Below are positions 1-10,252 of a DNA stretch of 55,819 nucleotides, in pieces. The translations under genes and the position numbers were made by a program. Source of the DNA: Candidatus Micrarchaeota archaeon (GTDB taxonomy: Archaea > Micrarchaeota > Micrarchaeia > Burarchaeales > Fermentimicrarchaeaceae). The notes under the pieces were generated by a model. The model worked only from the letters and a program-made list of their open reading frames with translations. It did not search any database and was not told the origin of the DNA. Numbering within the stretch: the stretch's first letter is position 1; the number at the start of each line of letters is the position of its first letter. The stretch is from NCBI GenBank assembly GCA_013425335.1, contig JACCLG010000012.1:1-55819 (forward strand), given 5' to 3'.

Positions 1-689
<689 letters not shown>

Positions 690-740
690 TTATCCCCTTT
701 AAATTAAAAGAGTGGTGGTTGTTTGAGGTTTCCCCCTATA

Positions 741-1283
741 ATGAGAAGCTTGAAGAGAGGCCCGCAGGTTGTCATTCCAAAGGATTTCGGCATGGCCGTT
801 GCATTCACAGGGATTGGGAAGAAGAGCACTGTGGTTGACGCAGGTGCGGGGAGCGGCTTCCTTGCAATAGCGCTTGGCAACATCGCAAAGAGCGTTGTCA
901 CCTACGAGAGGAGGGATGAGTTTGCGGAGCTTGCCGAGAGGAATATAAAGGCAAGCGGGCTGAGGAATGTGAAAGTAAAAAGGAAGGATATTTTCAAGGG
1001 GATAAGCGAGAGGGATGTTGACTTGGTGACTCTTGATTTTGCCGATTCTGAGAAAGCTGTGAAGCATGCGAAGAAAGCCTTGAAGCAAGGCGGCTATGTT
1101 GTGGGCTTCCTCCCGAACATGGAGCAGGTAAAAGAATTTGTCAAGGAGCTTGAGAAAAATAAATTTTCAGAGGTATTCACTCTTGAATGCATCACAAGGG
1201 AGATTCTTGTAAGGGAGCAGGGAATGAGGCCTGAAAATATGGGGCTGATGCATACCGTGTATCTAACATTTGGAAGAAAATAG
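741..1283 (+). CDS. trmI: tRNA (adenine-N1)-methyltransferase TrmI/GCD14 family, catalytic domain only
   Basis: RGPQVVIPKD..VVDAGAGSGFLAIAL..MRPENMGLMHTVYLTFGRK is collinear with archaeal TrmI. The ATG at 741 is preferred over the TTG at 723. The short N-terminal beta domain is absent. Confidence 0.82.
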   Translation: MRSLKRGPQVVIPKDFGMAVAFTGIGKKSTVVDAGAGSGFLAIALGNIAKSVVTYERRDEFAELAERNIKASGLRNVKVKRKDIFKGISERDVDLVTLDFADSEKAVKHAKKALKQGGYVVGFLPNMEQVKEFVKELEKNKFSEVFTLECITREILVREQGMRPENMGLMHTVYLTFGRK

Positions 1284-1817
1284 TCAGAGAAGCTTCTTCT
1301 CGTAGACATTCTCATAGATCGGCCCTTTTGGAGTCAGCGTGCTCTTCTTCAGGAATACCCCATCAACTTTGCAGTCGCCGAGCTCAACCTGCTCATTCTC
1401 CTCAAGAAATTCAGTAAGTTTTTCCTTGTCTTTCAGGAATTTGACTCTGGCCAGAGTTATATGGGGCGAGAACTGCTCCTGCTTAAAGCCCAGCCTGGCA
1501 AACTCTGTTCCGAGCTGGTCGTAGATTTGTTTGAGCTCTGGAGCTTCGGCTCCGACCCAGATTACTCTTATGTAATTTTTGCTCGGGAACGCCCCGACTA
1601 CCTCGCAACTCATCTCAAACTTCTTGCAGTTCAGCTTGTCCATTCCCTTGATAACTTTGTCCTTCATGACTTCGTCTATCTCTCCAAGAAAATGCAATGT
1701 TAGATGCAGGTTCTCCTTTTCTACAGGCTTCACTCCCTCAATAGCGAGCTGTTTCTGCAGCTCAGCCATTTTTTCCCTCAACTCTTCACTTGTCTCAATT
1801 GCAATGAATGTTCGCAT
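1284..1817 (-). CDS. thpR: RNA 2',3'-cyclic phosphodiesterase (2H family, LigT/ThpR)
   Basis: Two HxTx motifs (HLTLHFLG and HITLARV) at the typical spacing in 177 aa. Confidence 0.8.
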   Translation of the reverse strand: MRTFIAIETSEELREKMAELQKQLAIEGVKPVEKENLHLTLHFLGEIDEVMKDKVIKGMDKLNCKKFEMSCEVVGAFPSKNYIRVIWVGAEAPELKQIYDQLGTEFARLGFKQEQFSPHITLARVKFLKDKEKLTEFLEENEQVELGDCKVDGVFLKKSTLTPKGPIYENVYEKKLL

Positions 1818-1852
1818 AAAGTATTTTAATAAATGTCAAATATAAGAGCATT

Positions 1853-2404
1853 ATGCTCGTCATTGGAGTTGCGGGGATGCGTGCTGCAGGCAAGACTATT
1901 GTTAATGAAGTTGCAAAGGAGATGGGAGTCAAATCCATGGAGATGAGGAGCATAGTCGTAGAGATGATGAAGGATAAGGGGATAGAGATAACAAACAGGA
2001 GCCTCAGGGAGTTCGCAGACGAGCTCAGGAAGAAAGAGGGTTATGATATTGTCGCAAAGAAGATGATTGAGAGGATAAACGGCATGAATGAAAAGGCTCT
2101 CGTGGTGAACGGCATACGTGGGTATGAAGAGCTGAAGAGGTTCGGGGAGGCTTTCGGGAACAATTTCGTGCTCATAGGGGTTTTTGCGCCCCAGAAGGTT
2201 AGGTTTGACAGGGTGATGAAGAGAAACCTTCCAGAGGACCCGAAGAGCTGGGAGGAGTTTGTGTGGGCTGACGAGAAGGAGCTTGGCTGGGGGGTTGCGG
2301 ACTCATTTGCATTCTCGGATTATATGGTTATCAATACCGGCTCGAAGGAGGAGATGAAAAGGGAAGCGGGAAAACTGCTCGGCAATCTCCTCAAAAAGAG
2401 ATAG
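1853..2404 (+). CDS. UPF0200-family P-loop nucleotide kinase-like protein
   Basis: GVAGMRAAGKT Walker A at the N-terminus. The tail (..RFDRVMKRN..ELGWGV..SDYMVINTGS) is collinear with archaeal UPF0200 proteins. Confidence 0.7.
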   Translation: MLVIGVAGMRAAGKTIVNEVAKEMGVKSMEMRSIVVEMMKDKGIEITNRSLREFADELRKKEGYDIVAKKMIERINGMNEKALVVNGIRGYEELKRFGEAFGNNFVLIGVFAPQKVRFDRVMKRNLPEDPKSWEEFVWADEKELGWGVADSFAFSDYMVINTGSKEEMKREAGKLLGNLLKKR

Positions 2405-2441
2405 ATTTTTATTGGGCTGGTGAGATATTTTTGCGGTTAGC

Positions 2442-3275
2442 ATGATTAAGTTACTGGGAGTGCTCCTTCTGCTGACGGCGGTAGTGGGTGCCACATACCT
2501 GAACATCGACGAGCCTATCGAGTCAAAGGGCATGATGGAGAACTCACCTGCTCTGAATATCGGCATAGCAGGTCCGGGACAGACTGTTTATATTGTCGCT
2601 GAGAGAGCGACTATAGGGCCTGATGACAGGATACACGACCCGGGATGGGACCAACTGGTAATCACCGATGTACCCCCTGGATGGAGCACAGAGGACAGCC
2701 CATTATACGAAACGCCCATGAAGGCTAAGATAAAGATAGCGCCCGACGCGACAGACGGAGCATACACGTTCAAGGCAACTGCAGTAAACGAGGATAACGT
2801 TACAGGGCTTGGTAACCTTACAGTGAATATAATTCTTAATGTCAGCAAGAATGTTTTCACAATAGATGTCACCCCAAACGAGGTTGAGACTGGAGTGGGA
2901 GAGCCAGCAATTTATTATATAGACATAGATAATGCCGGCGCTGCGAGCGACACATTCAGCATAACATCATCAGGGCTTCCAGCATGGAGGTTCACGAAGG
3001 ATGTGCTGGCGCCGCACGCTATCAACCCTTTTGCTCCAGCTCGCAAGACAATACCGTATGAGGTTGTAAGCAATGAGGAAACGGATAAAGAGATATACCT
3101 GAATGTAACTTCACAGTCAAGCGATCAGATAACCAAGGAGCTGAAGGTGAGGCTGAAGGCAACGCCGTCTCTCATATCTGATTATAGGGCGACAGCCCAT
3201 GGCCTGCTGATATTCCCGCTCATAGAGAATCCGATCTACTCGCTCATAGCTTTCCTGTCAAAACTTATACTTTAG
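2442..3275 (+). CDS. Secreted or cell-surface protein, function unknown
   Basis: It has an N-terminal hydrophobic signal/anchor (LLGVLLLLTAVVGA) and a C-terminal hydrophobic segment. The central region is beta-rich with several N-x-S/T sequons. Confidence 0.55.
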   Translation: MIKLLGVLLLLTAVVGATYLNIDEPIESKGMMENSPALNIGIAGPGQTVYIVAERATIGPDDRIHDPGWDQLVITDVPPGWSTEDSPLYETPMKAKIKIAPDATDGAYTFKATAVNEDNVTGLGNLTVNIILNVSKNVFTIDVTPNEVETGVGEPAIYYIDIDNAGAASDTFSITSSGLPAWRFTKDVLAPHAINPFAPARKTIPYEVVSNEETDKEIYLNVTSQSSDQITKELKVRLKATPSLISDYRATAHGLLIFPLIENPIYSLIAFLSKLIL

Positions 3276-3278
3276 GTA

Positions 3279-4892
3279 GTGCGAATGGAAAAACGAATTT
3301 TGAATGGCAAAAAAACGAGCGGGAGCATTCAGAAAGCAGGAGAGGATATCGCCAGACTGATTCTCGGAGGGAAGATTAAAAACAGGGTTGAGCTCTGGGA
3401 AGCCAAGGGGAGGGCTAGCGAGAAATATGGTGTGGCCAGGGTGGTCAGGAACTCTGCAGTGCTTGAGAGGATACCGGAAGGGAAAAGGACAAGAAAAGTT
3501 GTGGAGCTGCTGAGGATAAAACCCATGAGAACAGTTTCTGGGGTGAATGTTATAGCTGTTATGACAAAGGGAGAATGCCCTGGGAAGTGCATCTACTGCC
3601 CGAGGGGGGAGAATGCCCCTAAGAGCTATACAGGGAAAGAGCCAGCGGCAATGAGGGCCATACAGAATGACTACGACCCGTTCAGGCAGGTGGATTCAAG
3701 GGTGAGGCAGCTGGAGGAGATTGGTCACCGGGTGAGTAAGTGCGAGCTGATAGTGATGGGAGGAACCTTCAACTACATGCCTGCGGAATACGAGAGCTGG
3801 TTCATCAAGAGATGCTTTGATGCAATGAACGGGTTCAAGTCAAAGAACTTGGAAGAGGCGCAGCTTGCAAATGAGAAGGCTGCGAGAAGGGTTGTTGGTT
3901 TAACCATTGAGACAAGACCTGACTGGGCAGGAAAGAAGGAGGTTGACGAACTGCTGCGCTACGGAGCTACGAGAATTGAGCTTGGCGTGCAAACCCTCAG
4001 CGATGCGGTTTACAGGAAAGTGAACAGAGGGCATGGCGTTAAGGAAGTTGTCAATGCAACCCAGGTGTGCAAGGACTCGCTCCTGAAAGTGCTCTACCAT
4101 ATGATGCCTGGTTTGTTTGCCGACAAAAAAGAAGATGTTAGAATCTTCAGAAAACTTTTTGAGGATGAGAGGTTCAGGCCAGACATGCTGAAGATATATC
4201 CGTGCCTTGTCATGGAACGGACAAAACTTTATGATTTGTGGAAGAAAGGCGAATTCAAACCTTACTCTGCTGAGGAAGCTGCCGATGTCATTGCAGATGC
4301 GATGAAGTTTGTGCCGCGCTATGTGAGGGTGATGAGGGTGCAGAGGGATATTCCATCATATCTCATTGCTGACGGTGTGAAGAAGAGCAACCTCAGGCAG
4401 ATTGTTGAGCAAAGGCTTGCTGAGGAGGGAAGACGCTGTCAGTGCATACGATGCAGGGAGATAGGCTACAGGATTTCAAAGAATGGGGTGAAGCCTGATA
4501 TGGGGAGTGTGAAACTTAATAGAATCGATTATGATGCTTCTGAGGGTAAGGAAATATTCCTGAGTTTTGACGAGATGAAGCACGATGCGCTCATCGGCTT
4601 CCTTAGGCTGAGGATTCCTTCTGAGAAAGAACATAGGAAGGAGCTGAAAAATGCTGGAGGCGTAAGGGAGCTCCATGTGTACGGGGAGATGCTTCCCGTG
4701 GGAGAGAAGAGGAAGAAGGAATTCCAGCACATGAGGTTTGGCAGAAGACTGCTTGAGGAAGCTGAGAAGATAGCAAATGAGGAGTTTGACTGCAGGAAGC
4801 TTGCGGTGATAAGCGGGGTTGGAGCAAGGGATTACTACTTCAAACTGGGCTACAAGAGAGACGGGCCGTATGTTTCAAAAGATTTAGATTAG
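3279..4892 (+). CDS. elp3: Elp3-type radical SAM / GNAT tRNA-modification enzyme
   Basis: CPGKCIYCP radical-SAM cluster motif, Elp3-typical length, and a C-terminal acetyltransferase-like region. The start is GTG at 3279 or ATG at 3285. Confidence 0.9.
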   Translation: MRMEKRILNGKKTSGSIQKAGEDIARLILGGKIKNRVELWEAKGRASEKYGVARVVRNSAVLERIPEGKRTRKVVELLRIKPMRTVSGVNVIAVMTKGECPGKCIYCPRGENAPKSYTGKEPAAMRAIQNDYDPFRQVDSRVRQLEEIGHRVSKCELIVMGGTFNYMPAEYESWFIKRCFDAMNGFKSKNLEEAQLANEKAARRVVGLTIETRPDWAGKKEVDELLRYGATRIELGVQTLSDAVYRKVNRGHGVKEVVNATQVCKDSLLKVLYHMMPGLFADKKEDVRIFRKLFEDERFRPDMLKIYPCLVMERTKLYDLWKKGEFKPYSAEEAADVIADAMKFVPRYVRVMRVQRDIPSYLIADGVKKSNLRQIVEQRLAEEGRRCQCIRCREIGYRISKNGVKPDMGSVKLNRIDYDASEGKEIFLSFDEMKHDALIGFLRLRIPSEKEHRKELKNAGGVRELHVYGEMLPVGEKRKKEFQHMRFGRRLLEEAEKIANEEFDCRKLAVISGVGARDYYFKLGYKRDGPYVSKDLD

Positions 4893-4949
4893 TTAAAATT
4901 TAGTGAGAAAACTGTAACGTATAAAAGTTAGTAAGTTATTTCTCGAATT

Positions 4950-5933
4950 TTACAAATCATAAACCACCCCCGGTATCTTGGGGAAGAGTTGTGTCTCTCC
5001 CAGATGCTGAGCTCCCACTATCCAGCCAACAAGCCTCTCTATGCCTATACCTGCTCCAGCTGATTGCTTAAGCCTGCCCTCCTTCGCCAGTTTCAGAAGC
5101 AACCCGTAGTGCTCTTTCTTGATGCCATCCCTCTCCATTTTCTTGATGATTTTGTCGTACTCCCACTCCCTCTTGGCTCCTGACAAAACTTCCCCATACT
5201 GGGGGAGTATCAAATCGTAGTTGTCCCACTTTCCGCTCTCATCCTCAAAGTCATAGAACTCACGCGGGATGCTTGTGACCCACACCGGGTCTGTTATTTC
5301 AAGTGCCAGCTGCTGCTCCCACTCCTTTCCATATTTCTTTTCAAGCTCCCTCATATCGTAGACTTTGAATGGTGCTTCTGGAGTTTTTAGAGTGCGGTGT
5401 CTTCCAAGGTAGACCAATTCTTCAACAGCATCTCTCCTCAAGTCACCTATCAATCCGCAGACTACTTCTTCAACAAGGCTTCGTATATCTCTTGAAGAGG
5501 CATCCCTCACCTCAAAGTCAAGCTGAGTAAATTCATACGTATGCCTTCCCGTCTGGGCTCTCTCCCTCTTCTCAATTCTCACGTTTGGAGAGAGTATGAA
5601 CAGCCTTGGGTAGAGCAGGGAGCATGCCACCATTTTGTGAATTATCATGCTTGCTGTTGTTCTCACTGTCTTTCCGTATATCTCCACGTCAATGCGCTTC
5701 TCAATGGATGCTCCGGGGTCAGGCCAGAGCGGGTCTGTCGACTCTGAAAATACCACTGGCAGAGACCATTCAAACCCGCTTTCCACAAACCTGTATGTGA
5801 GGTAGCCCAGCACATCTGTCATAACCCCGCTGATATGGTACCTCCTCTCCATCTCGCTTTCCTGCAACTGCTCTAGGGGTTTTGGTATCTCAAACTTTGC
5901 TGTATAATCTTCTCCAATCGTTCCGCATATCAC
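4950..5933 (-). CDS. Class IIb aaRS catalytic core without anticodon-binding domain; probable archaeal asparagine synthetase A (AsnRS paralogue)
   Basis: Class II motif 2 (NVRIEKRE..HTYEFTQLDFE) and motif 3 (GAGIGIERLV). No N-terminal OB domain. The 327-aa length matches the AsnA-like AS-AR type. Confidence 0.7.
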   Translation of the reverse strand: MICGTIGEDYTAKFEIPKPLEQLQESEMERRYHISGVMTDVLGYLTYRFVESGFEWSLPVVFSESTDPLWPDPGASIEKRIDVEIYGKTVRTTASMIIHKMVACSLLYPRLFILSPNVRIEKRERAQTGRHTYEFTQLDFEVRDASSRDIRSLVEEVVCGLIGDLRRDAVEELVYLGRHRTLKTPEAPFKVYDMRELEKKYGKEWEQQLALEITDPVWVTSIPREFYDFEDESGKWDNYDLILPQYGEVLSGAKREWEYDKIIKKMERDGIKKEHYGLLLKLAKEGRLKQSAGAGIGIERLVGWIVGAQHLGETQLFPKIPGVVYDL

Positions 5934-5982
5934 TCATTTCAATCACCTCAAGTTCCTTGCTCCTAGGGTGAATAAAATAATT

Positions 5983-6001
5983 ATGTCAATTTTTTTGACA
6001 T
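5983..6001. promoter_or_regulatory. Palindromic candidate operator ATGTCAA-N5-TTGACAT in a divergent promoter
   Basis: A perfect 7-bp inverted repeat with a T5 spacer lies between the AsnA-like gene and the Lrp/AsnC gene. A third ATGTCAA half-site lies at 6044-6050, just before the regulator ATG. Confidence 0.45.
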
Positions 6002-6051
6002 ATTGTAGAAAAATGGATATGTTTATAAACAAAAACCGACAAAATGTCAAT

Positions 6052-6495
6052 ATGCTCGATGAGAAAGATGAACTTATAGTTGAGGAGCTAAGGAAAGATT
6101 CTCGGATGTCAACTGTGGACATAGCTAGAAAAACAGGTCTGCCGAGAGTCACTGTTCATGAGAGGATAAGGAAGTTGAAGGAGAAGGGGGTTATAAAGCG
6201 TTTCACTGTTGTCTTGGATAATTCAAAGGTGGGGAGACCAACAACTGCATTCGTACTTGTCTCCTACGACCCTCATCAAGAGGTAACCCAGAGGAAGCTT
6301 GCTGAGAAGCTGGCGAAGCTTGATGGAGTTTATGAGGTGCACATACTCGCAGGAGAGTGGGATTTGCTTCTCAAAGTGAGGGCGGATTCTGTTGAAGGAG
6401 TTGGCAAGCTGGTGGTTGACAAGCTGAGGGAAATTGGCGGCATTGGCAAAACTGTAACGCTCACATGCTTCTCAAGCGTGAAGGAGGAGTTATAA
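6052..6495 (+). CDS. Lrp/AsnC family transcriptional regulator
   Basis: An HTH region (STVDIARKTGLPRVTVHERIRKLKEKGVI) is followed by an RAM/ligand domain. The ATG at 6052 gives the canonical length. A TTTATAAA box lies ~25 nt upstream. Confidence 0.85.
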   Translation: MLDEKDELIVEELRKDSRMSTVDIARKTGLPRVTVHERIRKLKEKGVIKRFTVVLDNSKVGRPTTAFVLVSYDPHQEVTQRKLAEKLAKLDGVYEVHILAGEWDLLLKVRADSVEGVGKLVVDKLREIGGIGKTVTLTCFSSVKEEL

Positions 6496-6520
6496 AATTG
6501 TAGAGTGAAAAGGTGGTTAT

Positions 6521-7837
6521 ATGTATTCCAAAAAAATTCAAGAGAAGCTGAAGGAGCTGGGAATTGAAATTGGCGACAGGGTCAGAGTCAAGAGCAGGGG
6601 TGAAGTCTGCGAAGGAATACTCATGCCCAAGCAGGAGCTCGGCGACCCGAATGCAATTGTGGTGAAGCTTTCAAACGGCTATGCAATCGGCTTGAACTTT
6701 GAGGGAGCCGGGCTTGAGAAGCTTGAGGGGCACAGGAAGATAGGCTTCAAGAGCAGCGATGAGAAGTTGAAACATGTTGCTGGGAAGCCTACAGTGTCGA
6801 TAATCAGCACCGGAGGTACGGTTGCGTCGAGGGTTGATTATACGACTGGAGGGGTTAACGCATCCTACAGCGCATCGGACCTTGTTAAGGCGGTGCCTGA
6901 GCTGGGGGAGTTCAACATCGATTCAAAATTCCTTTTCGGGATGATGAGCGAGGATATGAGGGCCGAGCACTGGAAGGAGATGGCAAAGGCAGTTTTCAAG
7001 GAGCTCAAAACAGATGCTAGAGGGGTTGTTGTGACCCATGGAACGGATACAATGCATTTCTCAACAGCAGCATTGAGCTTTATGTTGAAGGATTTGAACA
7101 AGCCCGTGGTATTCACAGGCTCGCAGAGGTCAAGTGACAGGGGCTCCAGCGACTCTTTCATGAATATGCTGTGCGCAGTGAATTTCGCATCAAAAAGCGA
7201 TGTTGCTGAAGTTTCCCTTTTGATGCATGGCTCATCCAGTGATGACTTCTGCTATGCGCACCGGGGCACAAAAGTGAGGAAGCTCCACACCTCAAAGAGG
7301 GATGCATTCAAGAGCGTGAATGACGAGCCTCTCGCAAAGATATTCCCCAATGGGAAGATTGAGATGATTAACAGTAACTACAGGAAGAGGAGTGAGCGTG
7401 AAGTTTCGCTGGATGACAAGCTCGAGGAGAAGGTTGCGCTGATAAAAACTTACCCAGGCATGGACCCGGAAATATTTGATTTCTATCTCGGGAAGAAATT
7501 CAAGGGAATTGTGATTGAGGGAACCGGCCTAGGGCATGTTCCCACTGCCATTGAGAAATATTCGCTCATCCCCAGAATAAAGGAGGCGACAAAGGCAGGA
7601 ATACCGGTATGCATAACTTCGCAGTGCATATTCGGCAGGGTGCATGAGTTCGTTTACGCAAACCTCAGGAAAGAGTATGAGGCAGGAGCAGTATTCTGCG
7701 GTGACATGCTCTCGGAAGTTGCATATGTCAAGCTAATGCATGTATTGGCTCACAGCAAAGATTTGGAAGAGGCTAAGAAGCTGATGCTCACCAACATTGC
7801 TGGAGAGCTCAACGAAAGGACGCCGGTGTTCGAATGA
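6521..7837 (+). CDS. gatD: Glutamyl-tRNA(Gln) amidotransferase subunit D
   Basis: Asparaginase-like domain (ISTGGTVAS, THGTDTM). It overlaps gatE by 4 nt. Confidence 0.92.
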   Translation: MYSKKIQEKLKELGIEIGDRVRVKSRGEVCEGILMPKQELGDPNAIVVKLSNGYAIGLNFEGAGLEKLEGHRKIGFKSSDEKLKHVAGKPTVSIISTGGTVASRVDYTTGGVNASYSASDLVKAVPELGEFNIDSKFLFGMMSEDMRAEHWKEMAKAVFKELKTDARGVVVTHGTDTMHFSTAALSFMLKDLNKPVVFTGSQRSSDRGSSDSFMNMLCAVNFASKSDVAEVSLLMHGSSSDDFCYAHRGTKVRKLHTSKRDAFKSVNDEPLAKIFPNGKIEMINSNYRKRSEREVSLDDKLEEKVALIKTYPGMDPEIFDFYLGKKFKGIVIEGTGLGHVPTAIEKYSLIPRIKEATKAGIPVCITSQCIFGRVHEFVYANLRKEYEAGAVFCGDMLSEVAYVKLMHVLAHSKDLEEAKKLMLTNIAGELNERTPVFE

Positions 7838-9642
7838 AGTGCGGCATTGAGATTCACCAGAGGCTTGCAACAGAGAAGAAGCTGTTCTGCGGGTGCTCTG
7901 CACAGCCAGGTGAGGAAAAGCCAATAGCAACAATAGAGAGAAGGCAGAAGGCAGTTGCTGGCGAGCTTGGCGAGGTTGACCTGGCAGCTCTGCATGAATA
8001 CTCACGCAACAGAATTTATAGGTATCAGGTTTTCCCCGGCACAACCTGCCTTGTCGAGCTTGATGAGGAGCCGCCCCATGACATGAACAAGGATGCGCTT
8101 GAGACTGTTGTTGAGGTGTGCCTTCTCCTCAATGCAAAGGTAGTTGATGAGGTTCAGGTGATGAGGAAGACGGTCATAGACGGGAGCAACACCTGCGGCT
8201 TCCAGAGGACCGCCATTGTCGGGTCTGACGGCTCAATGGAAACAAGCAAAGGCGATGTGGGAATACAAATCATATGCTTGGAGGAGGAGAGTTGTGGCAT
8301 AGTTGAGGAGAAGAACGGCGAGATAACCTACAGGCTGGACAGGCTTGGCATACCGCTTGTGGAGATAGCAACTGCGGCTGACATAAAGGATGCAAAGCAT
8401 GCAAGGGAAGTTGCTGAGAAGCTAGGCATGATTCTCAGAGCCACAGGAAGGGTGCAGAGGGGCATAGGCACAATAAGGCAGGATATCAACATCTCAATTC
8501 CAGGCGGTGCAAGAGTTGAGGTGAAGGGGGCGCAGGAGCTAGGTCTGATTGAGACAATCGTTGAGAAGGAGGTAAAGAGGCAGGAGGGGCTTCTCAGAGT
8601 AAAGGAGGAGCTTGAGAAAAGGTTTGGAAAGAACACGCTTGAAAAGCCCGCCATGGTTGATGTCACCGAGATGTTCAAGAATTCCGCTTCAAAACTGCTC
8701 AGGAAGGAATGCGTGCTCGCAATGAAGCTTGAAAAGTTTGCAGGCCTTCTGGGGGAAGAGCTTTATGAGAACAGGAGGCTTGGGACAGAGCTCAGCGATT
8801 ATGCAGTTGCAAAGGCGGGAGTGGGCGGGATAATCCATAGCGATGAGAAGTTTGAGAAATATTCGATAGGCAAGGGAGATGCAGATGAGCTTAAGAAAAG
8901 AGTTGGGGCAGGCGAAAAGGATGCGTTTGTAATAGTTGCTGGGGAGAGAAAAGCCTGCGAGAGGGCTCTGGAGTCGGTTTATGAAAGGGCACTGCATACT
9001 TTCAAGGGGCCGCAGAATGAGGTGAGAAGAGTCCTGCCAGATGGAGGCACTGCTTTCATGAGACCAATGCCCGGCAGCGCCAGGCTGTATCCGGAGACAG
9101 ATGTGCCGCCAGTCTTAATAAGCAAGGAGTGGATTGGGGAGGTAAGGAGAAAGCTGCCTGAGAAGCCTGAGGAAAGGAAGGAGAAGCTCTTGAAAGTGTT
9201 GAATGAGGAGCTTGCCGAGAGGATAATGCTTTCAAAGAATTATCCGCTATTTGAGAAAATTGTGAATGGGCTGAAGGTTGAGCCGAAGCTTGTCGCGGCA
9301 ACCCTTGAGGAGACGGTTGTCAGCCTCAGGAGGGAGGGCGCGCCTGTTGAGAATCTTAATGAGAACAAGTTCATGGAGCTGTTCATTGAATACAAGTGCG
9401 GAAAGTTTGTGAAAGCTGCAATTCCTGAAATTTTAAGATACGTCTCAAGGAATTCTGGAGAGAGCGTCTCTCATGCAGTGGAAAAGCTCAAACTTGAGAA
9501 GATGAGCGAAAAGGAGCTGAAGAAAGTTGCGGATGAGAAGAAGAAAGCCGGAAAGAAAGGGAAAGAGCTCATTGAAGAGATTATGAGGGAGCACAGGCTG
9601 AGGGTTGATATCTCGGAGCTCTCAAAGATAGTTGGGGCATGA
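7834..9642 (+). CDS. gatE: Glutamyl-tRNA(Gln) amidotransferase subunit E
   Basis: N-terminus MKCGIEIHQRL..KLFCGC, GatB/E-type core and C-terminal YqeY-like tail. Translationally coupled to gatD. Confidence 0.92.
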   Translation: MKCGIEIHQRLATEKKLFCGCSAQPGEEKPIATIERRQKAVAGELGEVDLAALHEYSRNRIYRYQVFPGTTCLVELDEEPPHDMNKDALETVVEVCLLLNAKVVDEVQVMRKTVIDGSNTCGFQRTAIVGSDGSMETSKGDVGIQIICLEEESCGIVEEKNGEITYRLDRLGIPLVEIATAADIKDAKHAREVAEKLGMILRATGRVQRGIGTIRQDINISIPGGARVEVKGAQELGLIETIVEKEVKRQEGLLRVKEELEKRFGKNTLEKPAMVDVTEMFKNSASKLLRKECVLAMKLEKFAGLLGEELYENRRLGTELSDYAVAKAGVGGIIHSDEKFEKYSIGKGDADELKKRVGAGEKDAFVIVAGERKACERALESVYERALHTFKGPQNEVRRVLPDGGTAFMRPMPGSARLYPETDVPPVLISKEWIGEVRRKLPEKPEERKEKLLKVLNEELAERIMLSKNYPLFEKIVNGLKVEPKLVAATLEETVVSLRREGAPVENLNENKFMELFIEYKCGKFVKAAIPEILRYVSRNSGESVSHAVEKLKLEKMSEKELKKVADEKKKAGKKGKELIEEIMREHRLRVDISELSKIVGA

Positions 9643-9663
9643 TTGTTCCACTACTTTTAAGAT

Positions 9664-9679
9664 ACGCCCCCACGGGGAT
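9664..9679 (-). repeat. Displaced copy of the 3' end of tRNA-Arg (att-like fragment)
   Basis: acgcccccacggggat is identical to 10252-10267, which covers the T-stem 3' strand, the acceptor 3' strand, the discriminator and 1 further nt. Confidence 0.75.
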
Positions 9680-9786
9680 GATGCGCCGGGGTTGAGGTTT
9701 CTTGTAAAGTAATAGGGGTTTTATTAACACTCAAATCAAAGCAATCTTAATATACTCTGAAATACTAACTACTTTTGGGTGGTTGA

Positions 9787-10215
9787 ATGGATTGGAAGAA
9801 GGTACTGAAAGCATCATTTATCCCAGTGGCTGTTTTGTTTCTCATATTAATGATAGGCGAACTACTGTTTAGATCTCTCGCAGGATATACTCAATACGGA
9901 CTTTTTAGTTACTTTGGAATGTGGTATTTAGGATCTACTTTCCTCACTTTTATTAGTATTGGCTATGCTGCAATAAGGAAATATAATCTAGAAGTTGGGG
10001 GGTTGATTTATATCACTGGAATCCTTGCTATACTTTTCTTCTTCATCGCACAAGCAGCAATGACATTATTTTTTCCAAGTACTATTTTATACCATACCCA
10101 AGGTGGTACTCTGCCTTTCGTATTTTTTGAAGTTTTTGGGCTAACCGTCGGATGGACATTTGCACTTACAGTCCAAAAAATAAAACCAAAAACAAAGAAG
10201 CCAAAGCAATCTTAG
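9787..10215 (+). CDS. Small multi-pass membrane protein, function unknown
   Basis: Four hydrophobic segments and a Lys-rich tail KPKTKKPKQS. The gene is AT-rich compared with the neighbouring gatE. Confidence 0.55.
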   Translation: MDWKKVLKASFIPVAVLFLILMIGELLFRSLAGYTQYGLFSYFGMWYLGSTFLTFISIGYAAIRKYNLEVGGLIYITGILAILFFFIAQAAMTLFFPSTILYHTQGGTLPFVFFEVFGLTVGWTFALTVQKIKPKTKKPKQS

Positions 10216-10248
10216 AAAAAGGGATTCGGACCCCGGGTCCGAAGCCCC
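10216..10248 (-). terminator. Hairpin plus T5 downstream of tRNA-Arg; its 3' arm and T-run also resemble the tRNA T-arm
   Basis: The minus strand reads GGGGCTTCGGACCCGGGGTCCGAATCCC followed by TTTTT, with the stem TTCGGACC/GGTCCGAA. Positions 10221-10236 match T-arm positions 10263-10278 at 15/16. Confidence 0.5.
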
Positions 10249-10252
10249 AACA

